A DNA stretch of 64,000 nt from Eledone cirrhosa (lineage: Eukaryota). The translations under genes were made by a program, and so were the position numbers. The notes under the pieces are model-generated. The model was not told the origin of the DNA. It saw only the letters and a program-made list of their open reading frames with translations, and ran no database searches. The stretch covers positions 23,560,001-23,624,000 of the forward strand of contig OZ024765.1 of the NCBI GenBank assembly GCA_964016885.1, in the 5' to 3' direction. This document shows, piece by piece, positions 11,168 to 22,075 of this stretch. Position 1 is the stretch's first letter. The number at the start of each line of letters is the position of its first letter.

Positions 11168-11258
11168 CTAAAATGGAGAAATTACATGGAGCAGCAGCTG
11201 GTTTACAGGTAAAGGAAGACAGAACTGGTAACACACCAATACATGAAGCTGTTTCACA
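11168..11258 (+). CDS. ANK-RING-Death gene, exon D (linker plus start of an ankyrin repeat); not in the ORF track
   Basis: Acceptor ttaacag ends at 11167, donor gtaagt at 11259, phase 1->2, bridging C1 to A2 in frame. (T)KMEKLHGAAAGLQVKEDRTGNTPIHEAVS(Q) continues into KNYEEVKSLLSSGVDVN to complete an ankyrin repeat. Confidence 0.75.
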
Positions 11259-11369
11259 GTAAGTTTACAACAATTATTTCTATTCTGTTTGATTCATTTC
11301 ATGCTTTCATGGGGGAGTTGGTAGCCATTGACAATGAGGCTCTTATTCTTGTTGGTGGCTTTTCTTACC

Positions 11370-11808
11370 AATGTATCAGGTGATGTTCCTGGTGGTGAGG
11401 CTGCTTGGCTATTCCAGCATCTCAGCCTCACCATCACCAGGTCTTACGGTCATACCAGTTGATACTCGCTGGTGAGAGAGCTTGGTTATTCCAGTATCTC
11501 AGTCTCACCATCACCTGGCTTTACTGATGTATCTCATGGTGCTCTTATGTAAAGGTGCTTGGCTATTCCAGTATCTCAGCCTCACCATCACCATGCTTTA
11601 TTGAAATATCAGTTGATACTCATAGGTGAGGGTACTTGGCTATTACAGTATCTTAGTTTCACCATCACCATGCTTTACTGATGTATCGCTTGATGCTCCT
11701 CAGTGAAGGTGCTTGGCTATTTCAGCATCTCAGCCTCACCATCACTAGGCCTTACTAATGAATCAGTTGATTCTCCTAGATGAGGGTGCTAGGCTATTCC
11801 AGTATCCT
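11370..11808. repeat. 77-bp minisatellite, ~6 copies, alternating A/B units (154-bp dimer)
   Basis: The ggctattccag..tctcagcctcaccatcacc motif recurs at 11407, 11484, 11561, 11638, 11715 and 11792. Confidence 0.9.
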
Positions 11809-11879
11809 GGTCTGGATGCCCTTCCTATCACCAACCACTTTACAGACATGGATGTGTACCTTTATTGTAGTTCTCAAGG

Positions 11880-12060
11880 ATAAGCAGATTAACAAGGCTG
11901 ACCCTTTGTATTACTGGTACAACTCAGTTTTGCTAGCTGAGTAGACTGGATCATCATGTAATAAAGTGTCTTGCTCAAGGACACAAGCCATCCCCAGGAA
12001 TCAAGCTCACAACCTTATGATCTTCAGTAGAACACACTAACCACTAAGCCATGTGCCTTC
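11880..12060 (-). mobile_element. tRNA-derived CORE-type SINE
   Basis: The - strand reads ggcacatggcttagtggttag (A-box-like) ... gtgtccttgagcaagacactttatt (CORE-like). Confidence 0.7.
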
Positions 12061-12104
12061 ATTTCCTATATATGTGTATTTGTATTTATTTCTACTATTT
12101 TCAG

Positions 12105-12252
12105 AAAAAACTATGAAGAGGTGAAATCCTTGCTGTCCTCTGGAGTGGATGTAAATAGTCAGAATAAAGAAGGGGACACTCTACTCTACACAGCCATTGA
12201 GAACAGGTGTACAGCTATTGCACAGTTGTTAATCAACACACCTGCTATTAAG
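12105..12252 (+). CDS. ANK-RING-Death gene, exon A2 (paralogue of A1)
   Basis: Same 148-nt length and splice contexts as A1. KNYEEVKSLLSSGVDVNSQNKEGDTLLYTAIENRCTAIAQLLINTPAIK. Confidence 0.85.
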
Positions 12253-12308
12253 GTGGGTCAACATATATACTCTGTAGATTTGTCTGATTCTATTGATTAT
12301 TGTTCAAT

Positions 12309-12614
12309 GTTTCCTTGAGCAAGACACTTTATTTCACATTGCTCCAGTTTACTCAGCTGTAGAAATGAGATGAAAGGACTGGGGTCCCTATCATTCCACT
12401 GTAAAGTGGTCGTGGAGGTGCCATGGCAAAAAAGCACCCAGCCCACACTGTAAAGTGGTCGTGGAGGTGCCATGGCAAAAAAGCACCCAGCACTCACTGT
12501 AAATGAGGTTGGTGTCAGGAAGGGCATCCAGCTGTAGAAATCAAGCCAGAATCAGTTCCTGTCCCACCCTTGCAAGCAGGGAAAAGTGGACGTAAAATTA
12601 TGATGATGATGATG
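12309..12614 (+). mobile_element. 5'-truncated CORE-SINE with RTE-derived 3' tail, inserted only in duplication unit 2
   Basis: ccttgagcaagacactttatttcac CORE motif, 49-bp tandem units at 12397 and 12446, ggaagggcatccagc and a (GAT)n tail. The empty site gttcaat|atgaccatc is at 221-236. Confidence 0.85.
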
Positions 12615-12794
12615 ATGACCATCACTATTGATAAATACTGAAAATGTTTCCAAATCATTGTATATTTATCAATCTATGTATCAATTTATCTATAATATCC
12701 ACCTATCTATCCATAGCAATCTATATATCTATCTGTCTGTCTAGCTACCTATGTCTCACTATCACTCTATTTATCTGTATATCTATCTACCAGG

Positions 12795-14640
12795 TTACTG
12801 CTGATTAGTGAACAATAAATATGCAGATTTCTTTTCTCATAATTATTTCAAAACACCTATATTTTATTTAAAATATCAAAATATTAAGGATAAAAGAATT
12901 TAGAAATGAAAATCTGTCAATCTTGAAGCACCTCAGGGTAAACAATATTCATTGTGTAATTTTTTGTTGGCGTCCAAATGAATAAATTGTTGTTGCTTTC
13001 AACTCTCGAGCAACCAACATAGAGTTGGCCGTGGTTGAAACATGTAGTAGAGAGATCAAGTCCAACTACCTTGAGGGATTGACCCTGAGATTTGTTAATT
13101 GAAATAACAAAAGTTAGTTTGACTGGACACTGGAGCCTTTTAAATTCAAATGGAACAGCTGTAGGTATGAGAGGAATTCTTAGAATAAAAACATTTTCTC
13201 CTTTGTGACAACCTGTTATGATTGTTACCTCTAGGACATGGGGCTTCATGGTAAGTAACAATTAAGTGAGTTTCATTACACAGGCTAGGTAGGTAAAGAT
13301 TCCTAAGCAACATAATGGGAGCACCCAGCTTTAGTGTCAAGTTATGCTGTGGCATCCCAGTGGGTTTAAGTGTGTTCAGAAATTCAGCCTGATGTATATG
13401 TTAACTTTTGAAGAAGTTCATGATTGAGTTTATCAATCATTTCATTAGTTGGAGGCAGTATAACTTTTTCACATAGCCAGTTTATATCAGTGTAATTGAC
13501 AGATAAATTAGGAAATACTTTATCCATAAGATCATTACAAGAAAGTACCATTCGATCACATGTAATTTCATATAGCTGAATGTTGATATCTCATTACCAA
13601 TCTTAAGAAGCTCCTCTCAGAATTCACCAGCTGTATGATCATCTTGTAGATGTACTCTCGTGTTGCTTGTAAGATGAAGTTTTTTCACGTCTCCAAAGGT
13701 ATGATTTTTTAAAGCATGCATTGACCTCATCAGCTTTTGTTCCTTTGGAGATAACTGGCAACATTTGACAGAAATCTCCTGCAAAAAGAACTGTTACTCC
13801 TCCCATGAGCATGCTATTGTTTTTTATGTCTTGGAGGGTATGGTCAAGTACATCTAGAACTCCACGATGTGACATAGTGCACTCATCCCAAACAATGAAG
13901 CAAGTTCTTTGGAGAGCTATTGCCAATGCTGAGCCTTTGGAAATGTTGAATGTTTGAGATTCTTTCATTACAACATTTAGAGGGAGTTTTAACATGAAAT
14001 GAGTATAGACCCGTATAAGTGCATCCTCTTTCTTAATTCCAGGCCATCCTTCAACATCTCTCCCCCTTTCCCTCCTCTTCCACATCTTTTTAGTTTGAAT
14101 CAATGTATAAAAGTTTGGTACTTATTGGTAGAGTAATGTTGCAACAAATGAGTCTTGATTACAAAGTTTAAAGAAAGCAGTATGTGTTGTTTCTGAAGGA
14201 GTTTGCAGTTACTGCATAACCTGCTGGAGATTTTCAGAACTAAAGATTACACACTGCCCATTTTCTAAATGTACGGCTAGATGAACTACTGTTGGATACC
14301 TTTAATGAAGCGGAAAATTGAACTTTGAATGTTTGCATAAATCCATGTTCAACTATCTCCTTAGATGCACCAAATGATGTCATTTGAAATGCAGAATCTA
14401 ATATCCATAAGATGTTGAGGAGTAGCTGGTAGTGCTGGTAATCTTACTTTACCGGCTGAGCGCACCAATTTGGACAGAATTATGATATTTAGTCAAATGG
14501 GATGGATGATATCTTAAAGCAGCTCCAGGAGTTGTGAACAATGAATTTGTTGATGGTCTGTTTCTGAGAGCAATTCTATTGGATCTATACAAAATATAAT
14601 TTAGAGATATAGTAATATTGGTATTTTGTGTTTTGCAAAT
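12795..14640 (-). mobile_element. Decayed Helitron (PIF1-like helicase remnant), copy 2, inherited through the duplication
   Basis: Near-identical to 2020-3890 with the same motifs and small indel differences. Confidence 0.9.
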
Positions 14641-15036
14641 CTCTATAATTATATGTCTCTCTCTCTCTCTCTCTCTAAAAATGTTCTTTCAAAACGAAAT
14701 ACCACCAAGCTTGTCCAATTGATTATCTCCCTTCTCAACTGTATGCTATTACTCTTCTGTAGCGTCTATCTTATGATGTCACACACCTTACTCCTACTGT
14801 CACTGTTGTCTCTACTCTTACTGCTTCCATGGCTCTCTCCAACTTCACCAATGTCATGAAAGATGTCTTTAAATAACCCCAGAACTCTGCTATTTTAGGG
14901 GACAGCAGGATTTAAACTATATGTTGACATGATCTGGGAGCTAAATAGCCTATGTATCAAATTTGAACAAAATTTGATGGAAATGCATAGACTGCATACA
15001 GACAGATATTTTCATTTATATATATATATATATATA

Positions 15037-15460
15037 CTTGCTGGCCCCGTGCCGTCAAAAATGATGGCTAATTGTAGTATTTTACATATAAAAAGTGTAC
15101 AAGACCAAGTTTTTAGTTTAATAATTCTTCTATTACAAAATTTTTTCGTGAAAAATATTTCTGCAACTAACATGCCCTGGCTGCTTGTTTCCTTCAAAAG
15201 AATTTTAAAGTTTTCCTTCCTTCTTGTACAACTTAAAGCCACATAAAGCTGGGTCTGACTAAATACGGGAGCTGGCAAGTAAATACCAACATTTTGAAGC
15301 TCAGTCCTTGTGATATGTTTATGGTGATGGCAAAAACTGGTATCACAGGGTACTGCTGTCTGCTCATATTGAAGGGTAGGTCTGTTTCACTCAGATGCAG
15401 GTCAACTCATGGTATGAAAGCTTCATTTCCATATTTGAATGAATTATTACATACACACAC
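15037..15460 (-). mobile_element. Second Helitron family, 3' end fragment
   Basis: ORF 15012-15278 PVFSQTQLYVALS (helicase motif VI-like). A subterminal hairpin ccgtca-aaaa-tgatgg (15052-15067) precedes a CTRR-like end (CAAG on the - strand) at ~15037, inserted in a TA run. Confidence 0.7.
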
Positions 15461-15776
15461 ATCTACACATATATAAACAGACTCATTAGAGCAAATAATT
15501 ATTACATACACAGACATATATGTATGTGTGTATACATTTATATGAATGAGTAAGACAGGTGTAGCAAACACTGTCCACTGTTTTCTATACTTTATCACAG
15601 TCCCCTATCGTGTGTGTATGTAATGTTTTCTCAGTGTGTCTGTTTATAATATGTGTATGTGTGTGTCTCTTTATAATTCTCTCCCCATACCTCCACTCCC
15701 CCTCTCTCTCTCTTACTACACACTCTCCCCTTCACTATCACACCCACGATATATAAATATATTTTTACATTTTCAG

Positions 15777-16330
15777 ATCAATCAACAAAATAAACTTAAT
15801 CGAGCACCTTTACATATTGCTGCATATCTCGGGAATTTAGACATATTGACAATGTTGGTAGATTGTGGAGCTGATATGAATGTTGTGGATTGTGAAGGTG
15901 ACACCCCACTACACTGGGTCTGTAGTGGTGGGGGAGAGATAGGGGCTGTGAAAATGCTATTGTCACCGTCAACAGTGGATGTGAATGTTGTGAATGATAA
16001 TGATAACACCCCACTACATCTGGCCTGTAGTGAGAGAGAGATAGAGGCTGTGAAAATGTTGTTGTCACAGTCGACAATAGATGTGAATGTTGTGAATGTT
16101 GATGGTGAAACCCCACTACATCGGGCCTGTAGAAGTGGGAAGGAAGCAATAGAGTGTGTGAAAATATTGTTAGAAATGTCGACAATAGATGTGAATGTGA
16201 AGAATAAGTGTGGTGATTCAGCTCTACAACTGGCCAACGATAGAGATCACTCTGAAATAGTGGAGTTGTTGTCACATGTCAGCCCTGTTCCTAACGAAGG
16301 TGACAGAGCTGTAGGAGAAACAGTTGAACA
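15777..16330 (+). CDS. ANK-RING-Death gene, exon B2 (about 5 ankyrin repeats plus linker)
   Basis: Acceptor ttttcag ends at 15776, donor gtaagt at 16331, phase 0->2. Motifs RAPLHIAA, GDTPLHW, DNTPLHLAC, GETPLHRAC, GDSALQLA; ends SHVSPVPNEGDRAVGETVE like B1. Confidence 0.9.
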
Positions 16331-18293
16331 GTAAGTTAACAATGATCTGGAATATCAACATTTGTTTCTTTTACTCAATAATGTTTGTTTTTTATTCAGT
16401 CATTAATGTCAAAATCCCACCATGGGTCATCGTTATGTTGTCTTTTTAATAATGTAACTTAATAAATATACTTACTGATGTAATCATCATTATTATTATT
16501 GTTAATTGTGGTGGAGCTGTTTTCACAATAAAATACACCCAGTACACTCTGTAAAATGCTGACAACTTCAAATCAATAACACAAGATCAATGTAAAGATG
16601 TATGATCTCAGCTCTCCTATCTAAACATAATTCTATCACTGCAAACTACCCTTTTACCACATTTCACATGGATTACAATATTTATTATGGCAAATATCTT
16701 CACTATTGCCTGGCTAGTAGAACTATTTTTAATGTAACATCATTTAACGAAGTAAATTGAAGGTGACCATCAAACAAGGTGTAGACATAATGAATGAAAA
16801 TAAATCCCTGTCTCGTATGAATCACTATAGGGATCACTGCATGTACATCCCAAATTCTCTAAACAACAACATATCCTACTATTTCATGTGTCAGAAACTA
16901 TAGTAACTATCGTACCTACATTATAAACTCTGGACATAGACTTCATTTCTAGCCTATATACATCTCTTAATTATATATACATGTGTAGATCTTTTTATAT
17001 ACACACACACGTAGAATGGGAAAACAGCAAGAAAATATATTTTATTGATCTCCTTAACAAGTGTGTTATACTTAGACATATCTATTTGTTTACCTATTGT
17101 TGTATTGTATGGATGGACAGACAGAACATAATTGCTATGGTGACATCCATAGATGAGGGGTGTGTAATAAAACTGTTCACTGTCCCAAAATAGAAGATTG
17201 CCAGGAAAATCACGTTTGTCATCTATGTACCAAACCCAAGAACTATTTCCAAAATAGATAGATTCAATGTGGTAAATGTCATGTTTCTCTCTGTCTTCAA
17301 TGTGCCATAAACTTTCCAAAGATCCCAGGTCAAAAAAAGAGACACCATATTTCGATGATGGATGGATTCTAGGAAAAGGTGCAGCTACCAAATTGGGCCT
17401 TTCAGTCCCTGGCCTGTGTGTCTTCCTATACCATTGCTGTTGAACAACAACACAAACCAACTACCATGTCTTCCCCTACCATTCCTGTTGAAGAACATCA
17501 ACAACAACAACAAAAATAGACCCTCAATACAGAAGTTGTGGAAGTTTGACAACTGATTTCTGCTTTAAGCCAAGAAATAGCAGGAAAACAGTACAGACCC
17601 CATGACTTTCAGAAACATCTTTTCATGCTCAGAGTTAGTGAAGCATGGAACCAACTACCTGCATCAGTTGTTAGCTGTCAGGACACTGCATCCTTTAACA
17701 CCTCCATCCTTCCTGAAATTCTCCAACACTACACCTGATATCCTCACCTCCATACATGCACGCATGTGTGTGTGTATCATGACTCAATCACTGTTCACTT
17801 TCCTGATATTTCTACATTACTCTATGTACAATACATGCACCTTTGATGAGTTGTATTGCACCTGAGCATTGTACACAATAATTTTCATTATTATTATGGA
17901 TTGACAGTATCCCAAGAGCGTCACACACCATGCTTTGCAACATAGTTATGGCCCTGAACGTTCTGAGTTCAAATCCCACCTTTTATTATAAATCAGCATC
18001 ATCATCATCATGAAAGGCACTGCTGATTTAATCATGACAACATCCCTAGTGCTGGTGCCATGTCTTTGAAACCACTACAGAATCCTCTCTATCCTTTGTT
18101 TGGAAAGTTTTGTATGACAGGAAGCCCTTCCTATTACCAACCACATTACAGAGTGTACTGGTTGTATTTTATCATGTCACCAATACTAGAGAGGTTGTTG
18201 TACCCTTCACACATAATCTCTGTAAACTTGTATACAATGTAATATTTGGTGTAAATTAATGTTGGTGAGTTGTATCTTTATTTTCTTTTACAG

Positions 18294-18436
18294 TGCTGTA
18301 TGTCACACATGTAACAGTTATGGAGCCACAATAACATTTCATCCATGTGGACATAAAGTAACATGTGAAAAATGCTGTACTTCGTTAGAAAAATGTGTCC
18401 AATGTGGAAGGATTATAATTAAAATGGATGGATTTA
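18294..18436 (+). CDS. ANK-RING-Death gene, exon C2 (second RING-HC finger)
   Basis: Acceptor ttttacag ends at 18293, donor gtaagt at 18437, 143 nt like C1. AVCHTCNSYGATITFHPCGHKVTCEKCCTSLEKCVQCG. Confidence 0.85.
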
Positions 18437-18475
18437 GTAAGTAATTATTTGATAATCTGTCTGTATATTTCCATT

Positions 18476-19000
18476 CATGACTTAATGGTTAGTGTATTTG
18501 TCTCATGATCATAAGGTTCTGAGTTCAATTCCCAGGAACATATTGTATCTTTGAGCAAGACAGTTTATTTCATGTTACTTCAGTCTACTCAGATGGGAAA
18601 ATGGGTTGTATTTGTAATTCTAAAGGCCAGCTTTGTTTCATACTTCGTTATGCTGAATCTCCCTGAGAATTATAATAATGGTGACCGTTATTGTTACTGT
18701 AATTCAATGGGCCAGCTATATCACATACAACATATCACTGAATCTCCCTTAGAATCACGTTAAGAGAACATATGTCTGTGGAATACTCAGCCATTCTCAC
18801 TATAATACAAGATGGACTGTACCTGTAATTAAAAGGACCAGCTTTGTCACACACTGTGCCATACTGATTCTCCCTGACAATTACGCTACGAGTGTACATG
18901 TCTCTGGAATACTCAACCATTTGCACCTTAATTACATGAGTAAACTGTTCTGTTATTCAAACAATTGGAACACTCATTGTTAGAACTGACAAATGTCTAA
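18476..19000 (+). mobile_element. tRNA-derived CORE-type SINE with internal repeats (internally deleted copy at ~7845-7960)
   Basis: A/B-box-like head (ttaatggttag...gagttcaattccc), ctttgagcaagacagtttatttc, repeated ctgaatctccct blocks. Confidence 0.7.
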
Positions 19001-19905
19001 AAGACAGGTGTAACTTCTACTTCCTCAAATTTTCAGGTAGTTGGCTTCTCCCGCTACTGATGTCCACTGTATTGATGGAGAGGTCAGCAAAGATTTGAGA
19101 AACTATGATTTATTTATATAAGGGGTCTGTAGGAGATAATTTATAATGTTGGGGTCATTTCATGGATCCCTTTCAGATATTTTCACTGCATTAATGTAGA
19201 GATGACTTGTTAAAGGTAGCTAATGAGGATTTGTGTAAGTGTACAGTGTTTTAGGACACCTGTTATCACTTTCCTTCTCACCTGTATAGAATAATCAGTG
19301 CTCACCGATAAGATCCTGTATCATTATGAAGGACACATGACATGTAAATATTTGTAAATATTACATGAATCAGATGACATTCTGGTGAACACAGATGTGG
19401 TCAGTTTACATTAAAGATTGCCAACATCAACCTTTCTCAAGGAAAGCAGGTGTATCTACTCCTATTTCATGTTGGCTATCATGAATTTGTGGCTAGATCT
19501 TTGATAACCAACTTGGCTGATATTAGAATTAAGAAGAAAATAAACAGAATATTTATTAGTAAAATACAGAGATAAGCGGACAATGTTGCTATATTGTAGA
19601 TTTGGCATAAGTGAAAGACAAACTATGAGAAAAACATGTATAATCAGCTGATAGTGGAGATAATTACAGCATTGTTAGAATATATAAGATGTTTTTATAG
19701 ATAGAAAATATTTATAAAGTTTAACATATTTTGTTGTGGGCCTAAATACTCAGATATGACCTGATATAACAAGAGAAAATATTGACTAAAGCCATTGTGA
19801 TCACTAGTTGACTTCTGATGATAGGAATGTCTGAAAATATAAAATATAGATTATAAGCAGGTATCTTTACAGTAAAATGTAAAAAACTTGGAAATATTTT
19901 TTCAG

Positions 19906-19977
19906 GGTCTCAAAATCTTAAAGAGAAAGTCCTGTGGAAGGTAGCAGAATTGTTACAAAGAAAATGGTTTAAAGTTG
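19906..19977 (+). CDS. ANK-RING-Death gene, exon F (N-terminal part of Death domain); not in the ORF track
   Basis: Acceptor ttttttcag ends at 19905, donor gtgagt at 19978, phase 1->1, in frame with C2. (R)SQNLKEKVLWKVAELLQRKWFKV(G). Confidence 0.75.
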
Positions 19978-20339
19978 GTGAGTATAAGATTACAGTATCT
20001 TGTTGATTTCTATAAAGTTTACTTTTAACTGAATTGGTAAAAATGAATAAATTAGAAGACACAATATAACTAATATTGTCTTCTAAAACAAAGAATAAAA
20101 ATCTGTTGGTGTATTGGGGTAAACATGTGAGTTAATGGGAATGTTTTTGTTTGTTTTTATTGAAACATATTCAATTTACAGATAGGTTGTTATTGTTATT
20201 TAGTCTTGGTTCTGCCATGATCTGCAGATTTATAATGGAGGGTGTTCCAGGTGTGACCACCCTACATTATTCCTATGTTCAGAGAACCCACAATCACATT
20301 ATCCAACATGTCCTTTTAAGGTGTTAGGGTACTCAATGT

Positions 20340-20625
20340 AAACAATGAGTACACAAGAGGTTTAGTAGAACCATAAGCAGGATAACAAAAAAGGTAGACT
20401 TTGTATAGAGTAAATGTACAAATGGAATGAGATGGTTGGGACTGGGTGAGAGGAGTGATGAAAATGAATGTGGAAGGAAATAGAGGAAGAGGAAAACCCA
20501 GAAAGACATAGCTAAAAATGTTGGATGAGGAAATGAAAGCCAGGGATGAGGAAGAGATGCTGATGATAGGGAAAAGTAGGGAAGCTTGTCATGTCCCTCC
20601 CCTACAAGGCTAACCCCTGTTGTCT
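20340..20625 (+). mobile_element. Old RTE LINE C-terminal fragment
   Basis: Degenerate ...VMKMNVEGNRGRGKPRKT* at ~20455-20510. Confidence 0.55.
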
Positions 20626-20779
20626 TCTACAGAGTTATAGATGTGTATATTTACAGGGCTGCTTTGTTCTTTGAGAACATTTACATGAATTTAGTAAAAA
20701 TTACATAAGTCATGAAAGAAGAGCTTTATTAAAAAAAACCTTGTCATGAATAATGTTGAGAGTCTTCTTGACAAATCTT

Positions 20780-21035
20780 CTCAATGAATCAGCCATTAGT
20801 ATCGATGACTCCTTCAATACAAGGTCTGAAATGTTAACATGCCTGAATCAGTTGATTTTTATTTATTTTGTACATTGTGCTAGTTATGGAAGACTTCAGG
20901 GTTTTTATAATATTATGGAGGTGTTGATTGACTTCCCTCTTGACTACTCTCCATATGTAGTAGTCTAACAGATTCAGGTCTGGAGAGCTAAGAGGCCATA
21001 TGTTTAGGTTGGTGTGATCATAGAGATTGTTACTC
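20780..21035 (-). mobile_element. Tc1/mariner transposase C-terminal remnant
   Basis: The - strand translates ...IWPLSSPDLNLLDYYIWRVVKREVNQHLHN...LIQAC*HFRPCIEGVIDTNG*FIE (WPxxSPDLNPxD motif). Confidence 0.75.
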
Positions 21036-21129
21036 TTTCATTCTTCAGTCATCTTTGTCTTATGAGATGGTGTAGTCTTATTGTTAAGGTTATGGTCTTC
21101 CTTTGTTCATACTCTCTATCAAAGGCTTC

Positions 21130-21425
21130 CTTCTCTGGAAAAAGATTTAATATTCACAACCATCTGTCTATTTGTTTTCTGATGAGAATAAAGTTAATCT
21201 AGCTTGTATGTCTACCTGATCAAATGACTGGCTGATATCTTGAAGTTAGTGTTGCAAATAGTTAAGTCATTTACATTACAGAACTGTAGGAGTCTTTATC
21301 CCTCAAGCCATACCTGATATGATGGCTAGCCATCATGTACTCCAAAAGAGCCACCTTGGTGCTACTCAACATGTCCATTAAATTTAGCAGCGAGGATGAG
21401 GAAATGTTTGTCACTTGTCATTGAT
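21130..21425 (-). mobile_element. RTE LINE APE-endonuclease remnant
   Basis: The - strand gives, across frameshifts, ...KFNGHV..GVHDG...LLQFCNVNDLTICNTNFK..SHLI...INFILIRK. Confidence 0.65.
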
Positions 21426-21863
21426 GTCTTGGTAGATTTTAGGCAGAACCCTGACTATTTCAGACACTGATCTTGTGATGTTATTGAGGGGTCTTCAATC
21501 TCATCTTCAACCTTTCCTATGGATGACATGTGAATGTTGGTTATCAATGTTGGATATTTAAATTCTGAACAAGTTCTGACAATACAAAAACTTCTGCCAT
21601 TTCTTTGCCATAATTTTCTCAAGTCTATTTTCTTTAATCTTGTTCTTCTTTCTTCTCCTCACTTCAACTTCTTTATTTTTGTCGGTATCCTTGGAAACAT
21701 ACAACAATATTTTAGAATGTTTATGTTAATTATTTCTATTACTCTACAGCTAGTTACTTTATTTACAACAACCTGTGGTATACATATTGTATATAACTAA
21801 TCTGTTTAATGTTGTTATTGTTGTTGTAGTATTGTTGTTTTCTTATTGTTTTATATTTTACAG

Positions 21864-22069
21864 GTATTCAATTAGAGGTTCCAGCTTATATACTGATAAA
21901 AATCAAGGATAACAATCCTAATGATGTTGACCAACAGGCTTTTCTAATGTTATTCAAATGGTGTGAAATTAGTGAACGAGAAGAATGCACCATAGCCACT
22001 CTGAAAGAAGCTCTAAAGACAGCAGATTGTTTTGAGGCTCTTCGTTGCCTAGATTCAGAGGAAAACTAG
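21864..22069 (+). CDS. ANK-RING-Death gene, terminal exon G (rest of Death domain, stop TAG 22067-22069); not in the ORF track
   Basis: Acceptor ttttacag ends at 21863. (G)IQLEVPAYILIKIKDNNPNDVDQQAFLMLFKWCEISEREECTIATLKEALKTADCFEALRCLDSEEN*. With exon F this matches the Death-domain pattern (W-x2-lg-x2-L...I-x2-I...eQa-x2-mL-x2-W...T-x3-L-x2-AL). Confidence 0.8.
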
Positions 22070-22075
22070 TCTCTA

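Larger units (their letters stand above)
1..18962 (+). repeat. Intragenic tandem duplication: unit 1 ~1-7960, unit 2 ~12080-18960
   Basis: Collinear near-identical blocks 1-400/12082-12790 (with a SINE insertion in unit 2), 2020-4075/12800-14745, 5555-5705/16331-16480 and 6245-7960/16880-18960, including shared Helitron, CR1 and SINE remnants. Confidence 0.95.

Noticed and set aside
15782-16275. Minus-strand ORFs of 151 and 159 aa
   Set aside because: Antisense shadows of the repetitive ankyrin exon B2.
16954-17460. 168-aa minus-strand ORF
   Set aside because: No recognisable domain. The paralogous region (~6320-6820) differs by a 4-nt indel and lacks the ORF, so it is probably chance.
19037-19082. 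Possible extra exon after RING2 (tttcag acceptor, gtcagc donor)
   Set aside because: It is open from phase 1 but ends in phase 2, which does not fit exon F (phase 1). C2 joins F in frame without it. A further unseen micro-exon cannot be excluded.
19815-19845. CTGATGA...GAAA hammerhead-like core
   Set aside because: No convincing stem I, II or III around the core.
24-22069. Naming the gene MIB1/MIB2
   Set aside because: ANK plus RING resembles Mind bomb, but no MIB-HERC2, ZZ or MIB-repeat domains are visible in the window and the terminal Death domain is non-canonical. No symbol assigned.
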